Assembly: GCA_002704755.1 (NCBI GenBank)
Contig: PAHC01000018.1
Location: 37,869 to 101,868 of the forward strand
DNA: 64,000 bases
DNA from: Rhodobiaceae bacterium
GTDB lineage: Bacteria > Pseudomonadota > Alphaproteobacteria > Rhizobiales > TMED25
Direction: 5' to 3'
Part shown: positions 53,183 through 61,575 of the stretch, piece after piece
Numbering within the stretch: position 1 is the first letter of the stretch
Layout of the letters: every line of letters begins with the position of its first letter
Notes under the pieces: generated by a model
Seen by the model: the letters and a program-made list of their open reading frames with translations, nothing else
Database searches by the model: none
Told to the model about the DNA's origin: nothing
Program-made: the position numbers and the translations under genes

Positions 53183-55486
53183 ATGCCAACATTTTCAAAA
53201 GGATTAGAAGACTCTTTGCATAAAGCTCTTTCGATTGCAAGGTCAAAAAAACACGAATTCTCAACACTTGAACATCTTCTCCTTGCTATCATTGATGACG
53301 ATGATGCTATTTCTATATTTAAATACTTCTCCATAGATTTAATTAAAATTAAAGATGATCTTCAGGGGTACATTGATAACGAATTACGTCATATTATAGT
53401 TAAGGATATAGATGATGTTAAGCCAACTACAAGTTTTCAAAGAGTTGTTCAGCGCGCGGTAATACATGTTCAAACATCAGGGAAAGAAGAAGTTACCAGT
53501 GCAAATATTCTCGTTTCAATCTTTTCTGAAAGAGAGAGTCATGCAGTTTATTTTCTGAATAAAGCAAATCTTAGCAGGTATGATGTGGTTAATTATTTGA
53601 GTCATGGTACTAAACAAGATACTGATAAGATAGAGTTCTCAGAAGATTATAGTGATGAAAACAAATCACAAGAAAGCTTAACACCAAACATAGATAACTA
53701 TTGTATAAATCTAAATAATAAGGCCAAAAAAGGCCAAATTGATCCTGTTATTGCAAGAGAAAACGAAATAACAAGAATAATACAAACTTTATGTCGGAGA
53801 AGAAAAAATAATCCGTTGTTGGTTGGTGATCCAGGTGTTGGTAAAACTGCAATTGTAGAGGGACTTGCCTTAAAAATAGTTAAGGATGAAGTTCCAGAGT
53901 TTTTAAGAGAAACAAATATTATTCAATTAGATATGGGTGCTCTTATTGCTGGGACTAGGTATAGGGGAGATTTTGAGGAAAGATTAAAAGATGTATTGAA
54001 AGAAATTGAGAAAATACCAAATTCAGTTCTCTTCATTGATGAAATTCATACCATCATTGGATCTGGTGCGACTTCGGGAGGCGCGATGGATGCAGCAAAT
54101 CTTCTCAAGCCAGCACTACAATCCGGTCAGATCAAGTGTATAGGATCAACAACCTATAGAGAATTTTCAAGATATTTTGAAAAAGATAGGGCATTGGTTC
54201 GTAGGTTTCAAAAAATTGATGTAATAGAGCCGAGTGTCGAAGATTCGATAAGGATTATCAAAGGGTTGCGTCCATATTTTGAAGATTTTTATAAAATTAA
54301 ATTCGATGAAGGCAGTCTTATAACTGCTGTCGAATTATCATCCCGTTATCTTCAAGACAGGAAATTACCGGACAAAGCAATTGATTTAATAGATGAAACA
54401 GGGGCTGCTCAAATTATACTGCCTCTTGACCAACGAAAAAAAAAGATAACGTCAAAAGAGATTGAAAAAACATTATCAATCATTGCAAAAATACCTGAAA
54501 AAACTGTAACTAAATCTGATAATTCAATATTAAAGAATCTTGATAAAAGTCTAAAAAATCAAGTCTTTGGTCAAGATCATGCTATCGATCTACTTGCATC
54601 ATCTATTAAATCAGCAAGGGCAGGGCTTAGGGACCAAGAAAAACCTGTTGGTTCATACTTATTTTCAGGTCCAACAGGTGTTGGTAAAACTGAACTCGCG
54701 AAACAATTATCAAGTAATCTCTCTATTGAATTAATTAGATTTGATATGTCAGAATATATGGAAAGACATTCTGTATCAAAGCTCATTGGTGCACCTCCTG
54801 GTTATGTGGGATATGATCAAGGAGGGTTACTAACAGATGCTATCGAAAAAACGCCACATTGTGTTTTGCTGCTAGATGAAATAGAAAAAGCTCATTTTGA
54901 TATATATAATATACTCTTACAAGTGATGGACTATGGCTTCTTAAGTGATCATAATGGAAAAAAAATTGATTTTAGAAATGTTATTCTAATTATGACAACA
55001 AATGCAGGTGCTCAAGATCTTGCAAAAGAATCAATGGGATTTTCTGATAATAAAAATGATGAAAATTACAATGAAGAAATTAATAGAATCTTTTCACCAG
55101 AGTTTAGAAATAGGCTCGACTCAATTATTCCATTTAACTCATTATCAAATGAGATAATGAAACAGGTGGTTGATAAATTTATAATAAAACTAGAAGCTCA
55201 ATTAGATGAAAAGAATGTAATACTAACTCTATCTGAAGGAGCTTATGACTGGTTGACGCGCAATGGTGCTGATGAGAGATATGGTGCTAGGCCACTGCAG
55301 CGTGTCATTGACGAAAAAATAAAAAAGCCACTTGCTGATGAATTACTATTTGGTGGATTAAAAAGGGGTGGTGAAATTAGCATAGATGTCGATAACAACT
55401 TAGATGATCTTGTTATTCAGATAAACAATAAGAAAATATTAGATAAAAAAAATAAAACAAATAAAGATAAAATTTTATTACATTAA
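53183..55486 (+). CDS. clpA: ATP-dependent Clp protease ATP-binding subunit ClpA
   Basis: 767 aa. Clp N-domain and two AAA+ modules (GDPGVGKT and GPTGVGKT). Confidence 0.96.
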   Translation: MPTFSKGLEDSLHKALSIARSKKHEFSTLEHLLLAIIDDDDAISIFKYFSIDLIKIKDDLQGYIDNELRHIIVKDIDDVKPTTSFQRVVQRAVIHVQTSGKEEVTSANILVSIFSERESHAVYFLNKANLSRYDVVNYLSHGTKQDTDKIEFSEDYSDENKSQESLTPNIDNYCINLNNKAKKGQIDPVIARENEITRIIQTLCRRRKNNPLLVGDPGVGKTAIVEGLALKIVKDEVPEFLRETNIIQLDMGALIAGTRYRGDFEERLKDVLKEIEKIPNSVLFIDEIHTIIGSGATSGGAMDAANLLKPALQSGQIKCIGSTTYREFSRYFEKDRALVRRFQKIDVIEPSVEDSIRIIKGLRPYFEDFYKIKFDEGSLITAVELSSRYLQDRKLPDKAIDLIDETGAAQIILPLDQRKKKITSKEIEKTLSIIAKIPEKTVTKSDNSILKNLDKSLKNQVFGQDHAIDLLASSIKSARAGLRDQEKPVGSYLFSGPTGVGKTELAKQLSSNLSIELIRFDMSEYMERHSVSKLIGAPPGYVGYDQGGLLTDAIEKTPHCVLLLDEIEKAHFDIYNILLQVMDYGFLSDHNGKKIDFRNVILIMTTNAGAQDLAKESMGFSDNKNDENYNEEINRIFSPEFRNRLDSIIPFNSLSNEIMKQVVDKFIIKLEAQLDEKNVILTLSEGAYDWLTRNGADERYGARPLQRVIDEKIKKPLADELLFGGLKRGGEISIDVDNNLDDLVIQINNKKILDKKNKTNKDKILLH

Positions 55487-55885
55487 AGCTTTTTTCAATG
55501 CCTCTGCTTGTTTTTCCATAGTGTCAAGACTCAAGGGCATAGCTTCAGTATCATTAAAATAGGGTATGAGGTGTAAATGTGTGTGAAATATAACTTGTCC
55601 TGCACTTGACTCAGAATTTTGAACTATCTTAACTCCTGATGAACCAAACGCTTTTCTTTGAGCAATTGCAATTTTTTGGGCCAAGCCCATCATTCTTTCA
55701 AGGTCTATTGTTTCAATATCAAAAATATTTCTGGATTCATTCTTTGGGATAATAAGTACATGACCCTGTTTTTCAGGGAATGCATCCATAATTACTAAAT
55801 AATTCTCTTCATCTAATATTTTTATTGAAGGAATCTCATCTTTTATGATTTTAGCGAATATATTATCTTTATTGTATGCTTTCAT
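55478..55885 (-). CDS. HIT-family nucleotide hydrolase/transferase
   Basis: 135 aa. Histidine triad HTHLHLIP. Confidence 0.85.
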   Translation of the reverse strand: MKAYNKDNIFAKIIKDEIPSIKILDEENYLVIMDAFPEKQGHVLIIPKNESRNIFDIETIDLERMMGLAQKIAIAQRKAFGSSGVKIVQNSESSAGQVIFHTHLHLIPYFNDTEAMPLSLDTMEKQAEALKKALM

Positions 55886-55896
55886 AATATTTACTC

Positions 55897-57018
55897 CTAG
55901 GATTTAAATGGTTTGAATTTTGATAGATAATCAATCTCTTCATCTACATAATCACCTTCTCGATCAATGTAATCAGATATTAATGAATGTATTTGTTTGT
56001 TTAAGAAATAGTGAGCTGAATAAGTATGAGTAGGAGAGTAGCCACGTGATATTTTATGAGCTCCTCCCGCACCGGCTTCAACGGAATTGAATTCATTTTT
56101 GATGGCATATTCTATGGCTTGATAGTAGCATAATTCATAATGCAAGTATTTATAGTAGCTATTTGCACCCCAATATCTTCCATATAATATCTTATTGCCC
56201 TTTATGTGCAGAGCAGTTGCTATAATTTCATTATTCTTTTTAGCTACAACTAATATGATATTAGAGGGGATTTTTTTTATGATATTTTCAAAAAAATCAA
56301 AGTTTAAGTAAACATTTCCCCATTTTCTATAATTTGTATCTAGATAAAACTGATAAAATAGCTCAATTAAATCGGATGTGATTTCTCTGCCTTCAATACA
56401 TTCAACTGATATTCCTTCTTCATTGATATATTGCCTCTCTTTTTTTATCATCTTTCTTTTTCGTGATGTTAGACAATCTAGGAATTCATTAAAACTTGCA
56501 AAATTATTGTTTTCCCATATAAATTGTTTGCTTTTACGTTTTATAAAATTCTCTTCATTTAGTATTTTAATATCATCTTCTAAGATAAAATTTATATGGG
56601 CACTAGAAATATTATTTGATACAAGAATTTTCTTAATGTCTCTCGCTATAGCTATTTTCTTAGAGTCTTTGTTTTTTTTTAGGAGGAATTTAGATGATCT
56701 GACAGGTGTGAATGGAATCCCGACTAATAATTTTGGATAGTACTGCATATTAATTTTATTATAAAAATCTGCCCAAACATGGTCAAAGACAAATTCACCA
56801 AATGAATTATATTTTATATATGCTGGAGTAAATGCTTCTAACTTACCTTCTTCATCTCGATAGATGATATGATTTGTTACCCATCCAACATTTTCGTTTA
56901 TACAATTGGAGTTCTCTAGAGACCATAGAAAATCATAACTCAAAAAAGGATTATCATTTTCTAACTTAAGAAATTGATCTTTAGGAATGTTATCAATGGA
57001 GTCACAGATTTCGAGCAT
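55897..57018 (-). CDS. FemAB-like / GNAT-fold N-acyltransferase family protein (COG3146, formerly DUF482)
   Basis: 373 aa. NPFLSYDFLWSLENS...GWVTNHII...YIKYNSFGEFVFDHVWADFY is the characteristic N-terminal pattern of this family, recalled from memory. Confidence 0.6.
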   Translation of the reverse strand: MLEICDSIDNIPKDQFLKLENDNPFLSYDFLWSLENSNCINENVGWVTNHIIYRDEEGKLEAFTPAYIKYNSFGEFVFDHVWADFYNKINMQYYPKLLVGIPFTPVRSSKFLLKKNKDSKKIAIARDIKKILVSNNISSAHINFILEDDIKILNEENFIKRKSKQFIWENNNFASFNEFLDCLTSRKRKMIKKERQYINEEGISVECIEGREITSDLIELFYQFYLDTNYRKWGNVYLNFDFFENIIKKIPSNIILVVAKKNNEIIATALHIKGNKILYGRYWGANSYYKYLHYELCYYQAIEYAIKNEFNSVEAGAGGAHKISRGYSPTHTYSAHYFLNKQIHSLISDYIDREGDYVDEEIDYLSKFKPFKS

Positions 57019-57022
57019 ATGA

Positions 57023-57475
57023 TTAGATTATTTCGAATATGCCATCTACTTCAATCAAAGACCCCATTGGAAGGCTCTGTACACCAATTGTTGTACGAGC
57101 ATGACCATGCGTTTCAGGAAAAAAATCATTTAGGATTTTGGATGATGTGTTTGCTAAAGAGGAATGATCTGTATAGTTAGTCGGAGCCACTATGTATATG
57201 TTTAATCTAATACAAGATTTAATTTTCTTTATGTCCGAATTTACCGCTGAAGCAGCCTGCGCGATAAGATTGAGCGTGGCTAATTCAAGCTGTTTTTCAG
57301 CTGAAACAATAAAATCATTGGTTTCTTTTATATCTGCCACTATTTTTCCATTTGAAATTGGTAGTTGACCAGAAACATAGATTTGATTGTTTACCTTTCT
57401 AAATGGCTGATAAATTCCTATTGGTATAGGTAATTTCGGAAGTCGATAAGAATTATTTGTAATTTTATTCATCAT
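57023..57475 (-). CDS. RidA/YjgF/L-PSP family protein
   Basis: 150 aa. C-terminal ARTTIGVQSLPMGSLIEVDGIFEI is typical of the RidA fold. Confidence 0.75.
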   Translation of the reverse strand: MMNKITNNSYRLPKLPIPIGIYQPFRKVNNQIYVSGQLPISNGKIVADIKETNDFIVSAEKQLELATLNLIAQAASAVNSDIKKIKSCIRLNIYIVAPTNYTDHSSLANTSSKILNDFFPETHGHARTTIGVQSLPMGSLIEVDGIFEII

Positions 57476-57574
57476 ATCTTTTTATTTAATTATATAATTA
57501 CATACTATCAAAAAATATATATTATTATATGCTAATTATATAAAATAATTATTTTTACATTGGATTACAAAAAA

Positions 57575-57958
57575 ATGAGTACTGGAAATAGAAAGGTGCT
57601 AATAGTTGAAGATAATAAGTTAAATATGAAGCTTTTTAGAGACATACTTACATCAGAAGCTTGTGTGGTAATAGAATGTTTTGATCCAATGTTTGCCATG
57701 GACACTATAGCAAGAGAAATGCCGAATTTGATATTAATGGATATACAACTTCCTCGCATATCAGGTTATGATTTAATAAAGTGGATTAAGGCAGATGCAA
57801 ATTACAATCATATTCCGATCATTGCAATTACGGCATTTGCTATGGAAGATGACAAAGAAAAAATTCTATCGTTAGGATGCGAGGGTTATATGTCGAAGCC
57901 AATATCAATGGATCCCTTTATAGAAAATGTAAATAAGTTTCTTGAAAATAAAAATTAA
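57575..57958 (+). CDS. divK: Single-domain response regulator, DivK-like
   Basis: Receiver only. VLIVEDNKLNMKLF, LILMDIQLPRISG, AITAFAM and GCEGYMSKPIS closely parallel Caulobacter DivK as I recall it. ATG 57575 is preferred over TTG 57560. Confidence 0.65.
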   Translation: MSTGNRKVLIVEDNKLNMKLFRDILTSEACVVIECFDPMFAMDTIAREMPNLILMDIQLPRISGYDLIKWIKADANYNHIPIIAITAFAMEDDKEKILSLGCEGYMSKPISMDPFIENVNKFLENKN

Positions 57959-58017
57959 AAAAATATTTTAATTACTCATTTAATTGATATATATTATGAT
58001 TTAGTCATAAGAGTTTC

Positions 58018-58067
58018 CCTGCGGAGTTGCTCAGGTCCGCCGCATCTCCTGGGTCCGTAGGGTTTTA
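58018..58067 (+). terminator. GC-rich extended hairpin plus U-tract; likely intrinsic terminator of the divK-like gene
   Basis: CCCTGCGGA (58018-26) pairs with TCCGTAGGG (58055-63). Inner stem CTCAGG (58031-36) / CCTGGG (58049-54). TTTT at 58064-67. Confidence 0.5.
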
Positions 58068-58068
58068 G

Positions 58069-58125
58069 GTCGTTTTGTTGGTCACTTACTTGGCCTCCTC
58101 CAAATAAGAGACTAACAACCGACCA
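58069..58125. ncRNA. Candidate structured RNA: long imperfect hairpin with apical CCUCCU loop (CCUCCUCC on the + strand, GGAGGAGG on the - strand)
   Basis: Stems are GGTCG/CGACC (58069-73/58121-25), GGTC/GACT (58081-84/58111-14), CTTA/TAAG (58086-89/58106-09) and TTGG/CCAA (58091-94/58101-04). The loop is 58095-58100. There is no ORF and no U-tail on either strand. Strand and function are unknown. Confidence 0.3.
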
Positions 58126-58185
58126 ACGAACAATGAATGGTTAAAGTTAAATTTGTAAGTAATGATGTTTGAATAAGAAAGTTTA

Positions 58186-58200
58186 GGCTTGCTTAGCCTT
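58186..58200. terminator. Weak hairpin just downstream of rpmG (possible terminator)
   Basis: AGGCT-TGCTT-AGCCT, a 5-bp stem. T-rich sequence follows on both strands (minus: AAACTTTCTTATTC; plus: TACTACTTTATTTTGTTTTC). Confidence 0.3.
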
Positions 58201-58202
58201 AC

Positions 58203-58370
58203 TACTTTATTTTGTTTTCTTTGAAATCAACGTGTTTTTTTAATACTGGGTCATACTTTTTTATGACAAGTTTTTCTGTCATAGTTCGGTTATTTTTTTT
58301 TGTCACATAAAAATAACCCGTACCAGCGGTACTTTCGAGTCGTATTTTTATATTTCCAGATTTTGCCATT
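58203..58370 (-). CDS. rpmG: 50S ribosomal protein L33 (Cys-less type); absent from the supplied ORF track (55 aa)
   Basis: Own translation of the minus strand gives [55 protein letters not shown] plus a TAG stop. This matches the L33 signature (STAGTGxFYxTxKNxRTMxEKLxxKKYDPVxxKHVxFKE). Confidence 0.9.
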
Positions 58371-58426
58371 TTACCGTCTTTTTAATTATATAAATATATG
58401 AATAGATTATTAAGTCAACTGATGTT

Positions 58427-60919
58427 TTATTTTTTTTTATCCTTAGAATTAATAATCTGAATTGCATTATCTAACGTGATATCCTCTATTGAATAATCTT
58501 TTCCAATAGAATAATTTTTTCTATTATATTTGATATAAGGTCCATATCGTCCACTAGTTAATATAATATCACTTTCCGTAGTGGGATATTTACCTAAAAT
58601 TGTATTTGAAGCATTTGGTGAACTTTTCTTAGCCTGTTCATTTATTAATGATACGGCTCTGTTTAGTCCAATAGTGGCTATTTCATCAAGTTCAATTTTA
58701 TTAACATATGTATTCATATGTTTTAAATAAGGCCCATACCTTCCTATGGCACCTACAATTTCTTCTTTAGTATCAGGATGATTCCCAATTAGTCTGGGCA
58801 GAGATATTAATTGAATAGCAGTTTTTTCATCTAAATTATCTATATTGATGTTTTTAGGTATTGATGTTCTTTTGGGTTTGCCATCAATTTCTATATTTTC
58901 AAGTTCAAGATATGGACCGTATCTTCCACTCTGCAAGATGATGTTTTCTTTTGTTTGGGGATCAATTGCAATTATTTCTTTCTGGATGGATTTCGTACTT
59001 TTAGCTGATAGATCTCTCTGGAATTTGCACTCAGGGTAATTTGAACAACCAACGAATGAACCGTCTTTGAATGATAGAAGAGTTAAAGTTCCATCACTGC
59101 ACTCAGGGCACAATCTTGGATTTTCTAGATCTTGATCAAAGATGTATGGGGCCAAAGTCTCATTTATGACATTTATAATTTCTTTTCTTTCAATATCAGT
59201 GATCTTTTGGGTGGACTCATCAAGGTTTTTCCAAAACTCCTCTAAAAGAGATAGTCGAGTGAAGTCACCGTTTGATATTTTGTCTAACTTGTTCTCTAAA
59301 TCTGCGGTGAAATCATATTGGACATATTCTGGGTAATAATTTTCAAGAAATGCTGTTACCAACCTGCCATTACTCGTAGGAGATATTCTTCTTTGATCTA
59401 ACTGAGTATAATTTCTTTCAGATAGCTTACTTAAGATACTTGCATACGTTGAAGGTCTTCCAATTCCTAGTTCCTCTAGGGTTTTGATGAGTGATGCTGC
59501 ATTATATCTCGGAGGTGGCTCAGTAGCATGGGCTGTTTGGGATACTTTATTACAGAGAATTATATCATCTTTATTTACAGTGATACTGGTTTCTAATTCA
59601 GGTAATACATCATCAGTATCTATCTCACTTTTTTGATCATCATATATCACTTGAAAACCTGGAAAAGTTTTGACTTGGAAGTTTGCTCTAAATATATTTT
59701 CGATATTATTACTATCTTTAGTAATTAACGATATTGCAGTCCTCTCAAAAATAGCACTTTTCATTTGACTTGCGATTGTCCTTTTCCAGATCAATTCATA
59801 TAGTTTAAATTGTTCATCAGATAAATAGGGTTTCAGCTTTCCAGGATCATTACTAAAAGATGTCGGTCTTATTGCTTCATGGGACTCTTGCGCATTTTTA
59901 GACTTTGTTTTATATAAAATTTTTGTGTTTGGAAGTTGATTGACTCCGTAGTCATTTTTTATTTTATCTCTAATATTATCAATAATATTATCTTCAATCT
60001 GGACACCATCAGTCCTCATGTATGTTATCAGACCACCTTCAATATGTGGGTTATCAATCCCTTCGTATAACCTTTGTGCTATTTGCATTGTTCGTGTAGG
60101 ATCAAATCTTAGCCTTTTTGACGCTTCTTGCTGTAATGTTGATGTGGTAAATGGGGGGTAAGGTTTTTTTTCAGAATTAGATTTGTTTATATCACTAATT
60201 TTATATTCGCAAGTTAGTAGGCTTTCATTAATGTTACTGGCTTCTTTTTCTGATGAGATATCGAATTTTTCTAACTTCTTACCATTTCGACTATGTAAAT
60301 ATGCTGTAAATTCCTGATTGTCTATTGTTCTAAAATCACCATTTATTGTCCAATATCTTCGACTTTTAAATGTTTCAATATCTGATTCTCTTTGACATAT
60401 TATTTTTAATGCAACTGATTGGACACGTCCTGCTGATTTTGCACCAGGTAATTTTTTCCAAAGAATAGGTGAGATTGTAAATCCTATCAGGTAATCAAGA
60501 GACAGTCGCGCCTTGTATGCTTCTACCAAATCTATATCAATACTACGAGGTTCTTTAATTGCGGTTAGAACTGTTTCCTTAGTTACGGCGTTAAAGACAA
60601 CTCTTTCAAAATTTTTTTTGTCTTTGTTATTAAATAATTCATATAGATGCCATGAAATTGCTTCCCCCTCTCTATCAGGGTCTGTGGCTAATATAATCTT
60701 ATCTGCTCTTGTTACTTCTTTTTTTATTTCATTTATAGTTTTAGACCTAGCTGAATTGGTTTTCCAAATCATTTCAAAGTTGTTATGAGTTTGAATAGAC
60801 CCTGATTTAGCTGGGAGGTCTCTTACATGCCCCATAGATGCTAGAACTTTGTAGTTGGAGCCTAAATATTTATTAATTGTTTTGGCTTTGGCTGGGGACT
60901 CTACTATTACTAATATCAT
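58427..60919 (-). CDS. topA: DNA topoisomerase I
   Basis: 830 aa. TOPRIM N-terminus (LVIVESPAKAKTINKYLG), active-site region ITYMRTDG and one C4 zinc ribbon (CPECSDG...CSNYPEC). Confidence 0.97.
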   Translation of the reverse strand: MILVIVESPAKAKTINKYLGSNYKVLASMGHVRDLPAKSGSIQTHNNFEMIWKTNSARSKTINEIKKEVTRADKIILATDPDREGEAISWHLYELFNNKDKKNFERVVFNAVTKETVLTAIKEPRSIDIDLVEAYKARLSLDYLIGFTISPILWKKLPGAKSAGRVQSVALKIICQRESDIETFKSRRYWTINGDFRTIDNQEFTAYLHSRNGKKLEKFDISSEKEASNINESLLTCEYKISDINKSNSEKKPYPPFTTSTLQQEASKRLRFDPTRTMQIAQRLYEGIDNPHIEGGLITYMRTDGVQIEDNIIDNIRDKIKNDYGVNQLPNTKILYKTKSKNAQESHEAIRPTSFSNDPGKLKPYLSDEQFKLYELIWKRTIASQMKSAIFERTAISLITKDSNNIENIFRANFQVKTFPGFQVIYDDQKSEIDTDDVLPELETSITVNKDDIILCNKVSQTAHATEPPPRYNAASLIKTLEELGIGRPSTYASILSKLSERNYTQLDQRRISPTSNGRLVTAFLENYYPEYVQYDFTADLENKLDKISNGDFTRLSLLEEFWKNLDESTQKITDIERKEIINVINETLAPYIFDQDLENPRLCPECSDGTLTLLSFKDGSFVGCSNYPECKFQRDLSAKSTKSIQKEIIAIDPQTKENIILQSGRYGPYLELENIEIDGKPKRTSIPKNINIDNLDEKTAIQLISLPRLIGNHPDTKEEIVGAIGRYGPYLKHMNTYVNKIELDEIATIGLNRAVSLINEQAKKSSPNASNTILGKYPTTESDIILTSGRYGPYIKYNRKNYSIGKDYSIEDITLDNAIQIINSKDKKK

Positions 60920-61554
60920 TTGTCTTTAAATCTGGACTCTTTGCCTTCAACTAATCTTTTTATGTTTTCCATATGCCTATATATCAAAATTGAAGTCATG
61001 AAAAGTATAATCGTTAGATTTAAATTAAAAAGGCCTGCTTCATGTATTCGTGAATACATAATTAGATTTTCATTATTTGGTATTATTTGGAAGGAGAAAT
61101 AAATTGCTGGTGTACATATCACGCTGCATATTGCTGATAATGAAGAGTATCTATAGATAAGGAAAATCATTAACCAAATAAAGGTAAATAGAATTGCAAT
61201 GAGAGGGCTTGTTGCGATAAGAATTCCAATATAAGTTGCAATACCTTTCCCGCCTTTGAAATTTAGCCAAACGGGGAAAATATGTCCAATTAATGCAAAT
61301 AATCCAACAAGGAGGGGGTAATCCAACCCAAGCTTATTACATAACAATATTGGAATTAATCCTTTTGAGGCGTCAAGAATAAGTGTCAAGAAGGCTACTT
61401 TTTTATTTCCCAATCTTAATACATTAGTGGCTCCTATGTTCTTTGAGCCGTACTTCGTAATATCAATCAGTAAGATTTTTTTGGAAATTATCAATCCAAA
61501 AGGGATGCTTCCAAGTAGGTATGCAAAACAAGCAAGTAATATATATAAATACAT
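60916..61554 (-). CDS. plsY: Glycerol-3-phosphate acyltransferase PlsY
   Basis: 212 aa. GSKNIGATNVLR and FKGGKGIATYIG motifs. ATGA overlap with topA. Confidence 0.92.
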   Translation of the reverse strand: MYLYILLACFAYLLGSIPFGLIISKKILLIDITKYGSKNIGATNVLRLGNKKVAFLTLILDASKGLIPILLCNKLGLDYPLLVGLFALIGHIFPVWLNFKGGKGIATYIGILIATSPLIAILFTFIWLMIFLIYRYSSLSAICSVICTPAIYFSFQIIPNNENLIMYSRIHEAGLFNLNLTIILFMTSILIYRHMENIKRLVEGKESRFKDK

Positions 61555-61575
61555 GGAAATAAGCGTTAATCAAAA

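Noticed and set aside
58018-58125. Could the GC-rich element be SRP (4.5S) RNA, a piece of two-piece tmRNA, 6S RNA or a degenerate tRNA?
   Set aside because: TCAGGTCCG briefly resembles SRP helix 8. However, there is no GNRA (GGAA) tetraloop or AGCA symmetric-loop sequence on either strand. There is no T-arm (GGTTCGAATCC-like) or CCA end for tmRNA or tRNA, and no tag-like reading frame ending in AA. At about 110 nt it is too short for 6S or RNase P. I kept it only as an unclassified structured element.
58095-58125. Minus-strand GGAGGAGG as a Shine-Dalgarno sequence for a hidden micro-ORF.
   Set aside because: The only start within range is a GTG giving VTNKTT-stop (6 codons). There is no ATG and nothing conserved-looking, so I do not call it coding.
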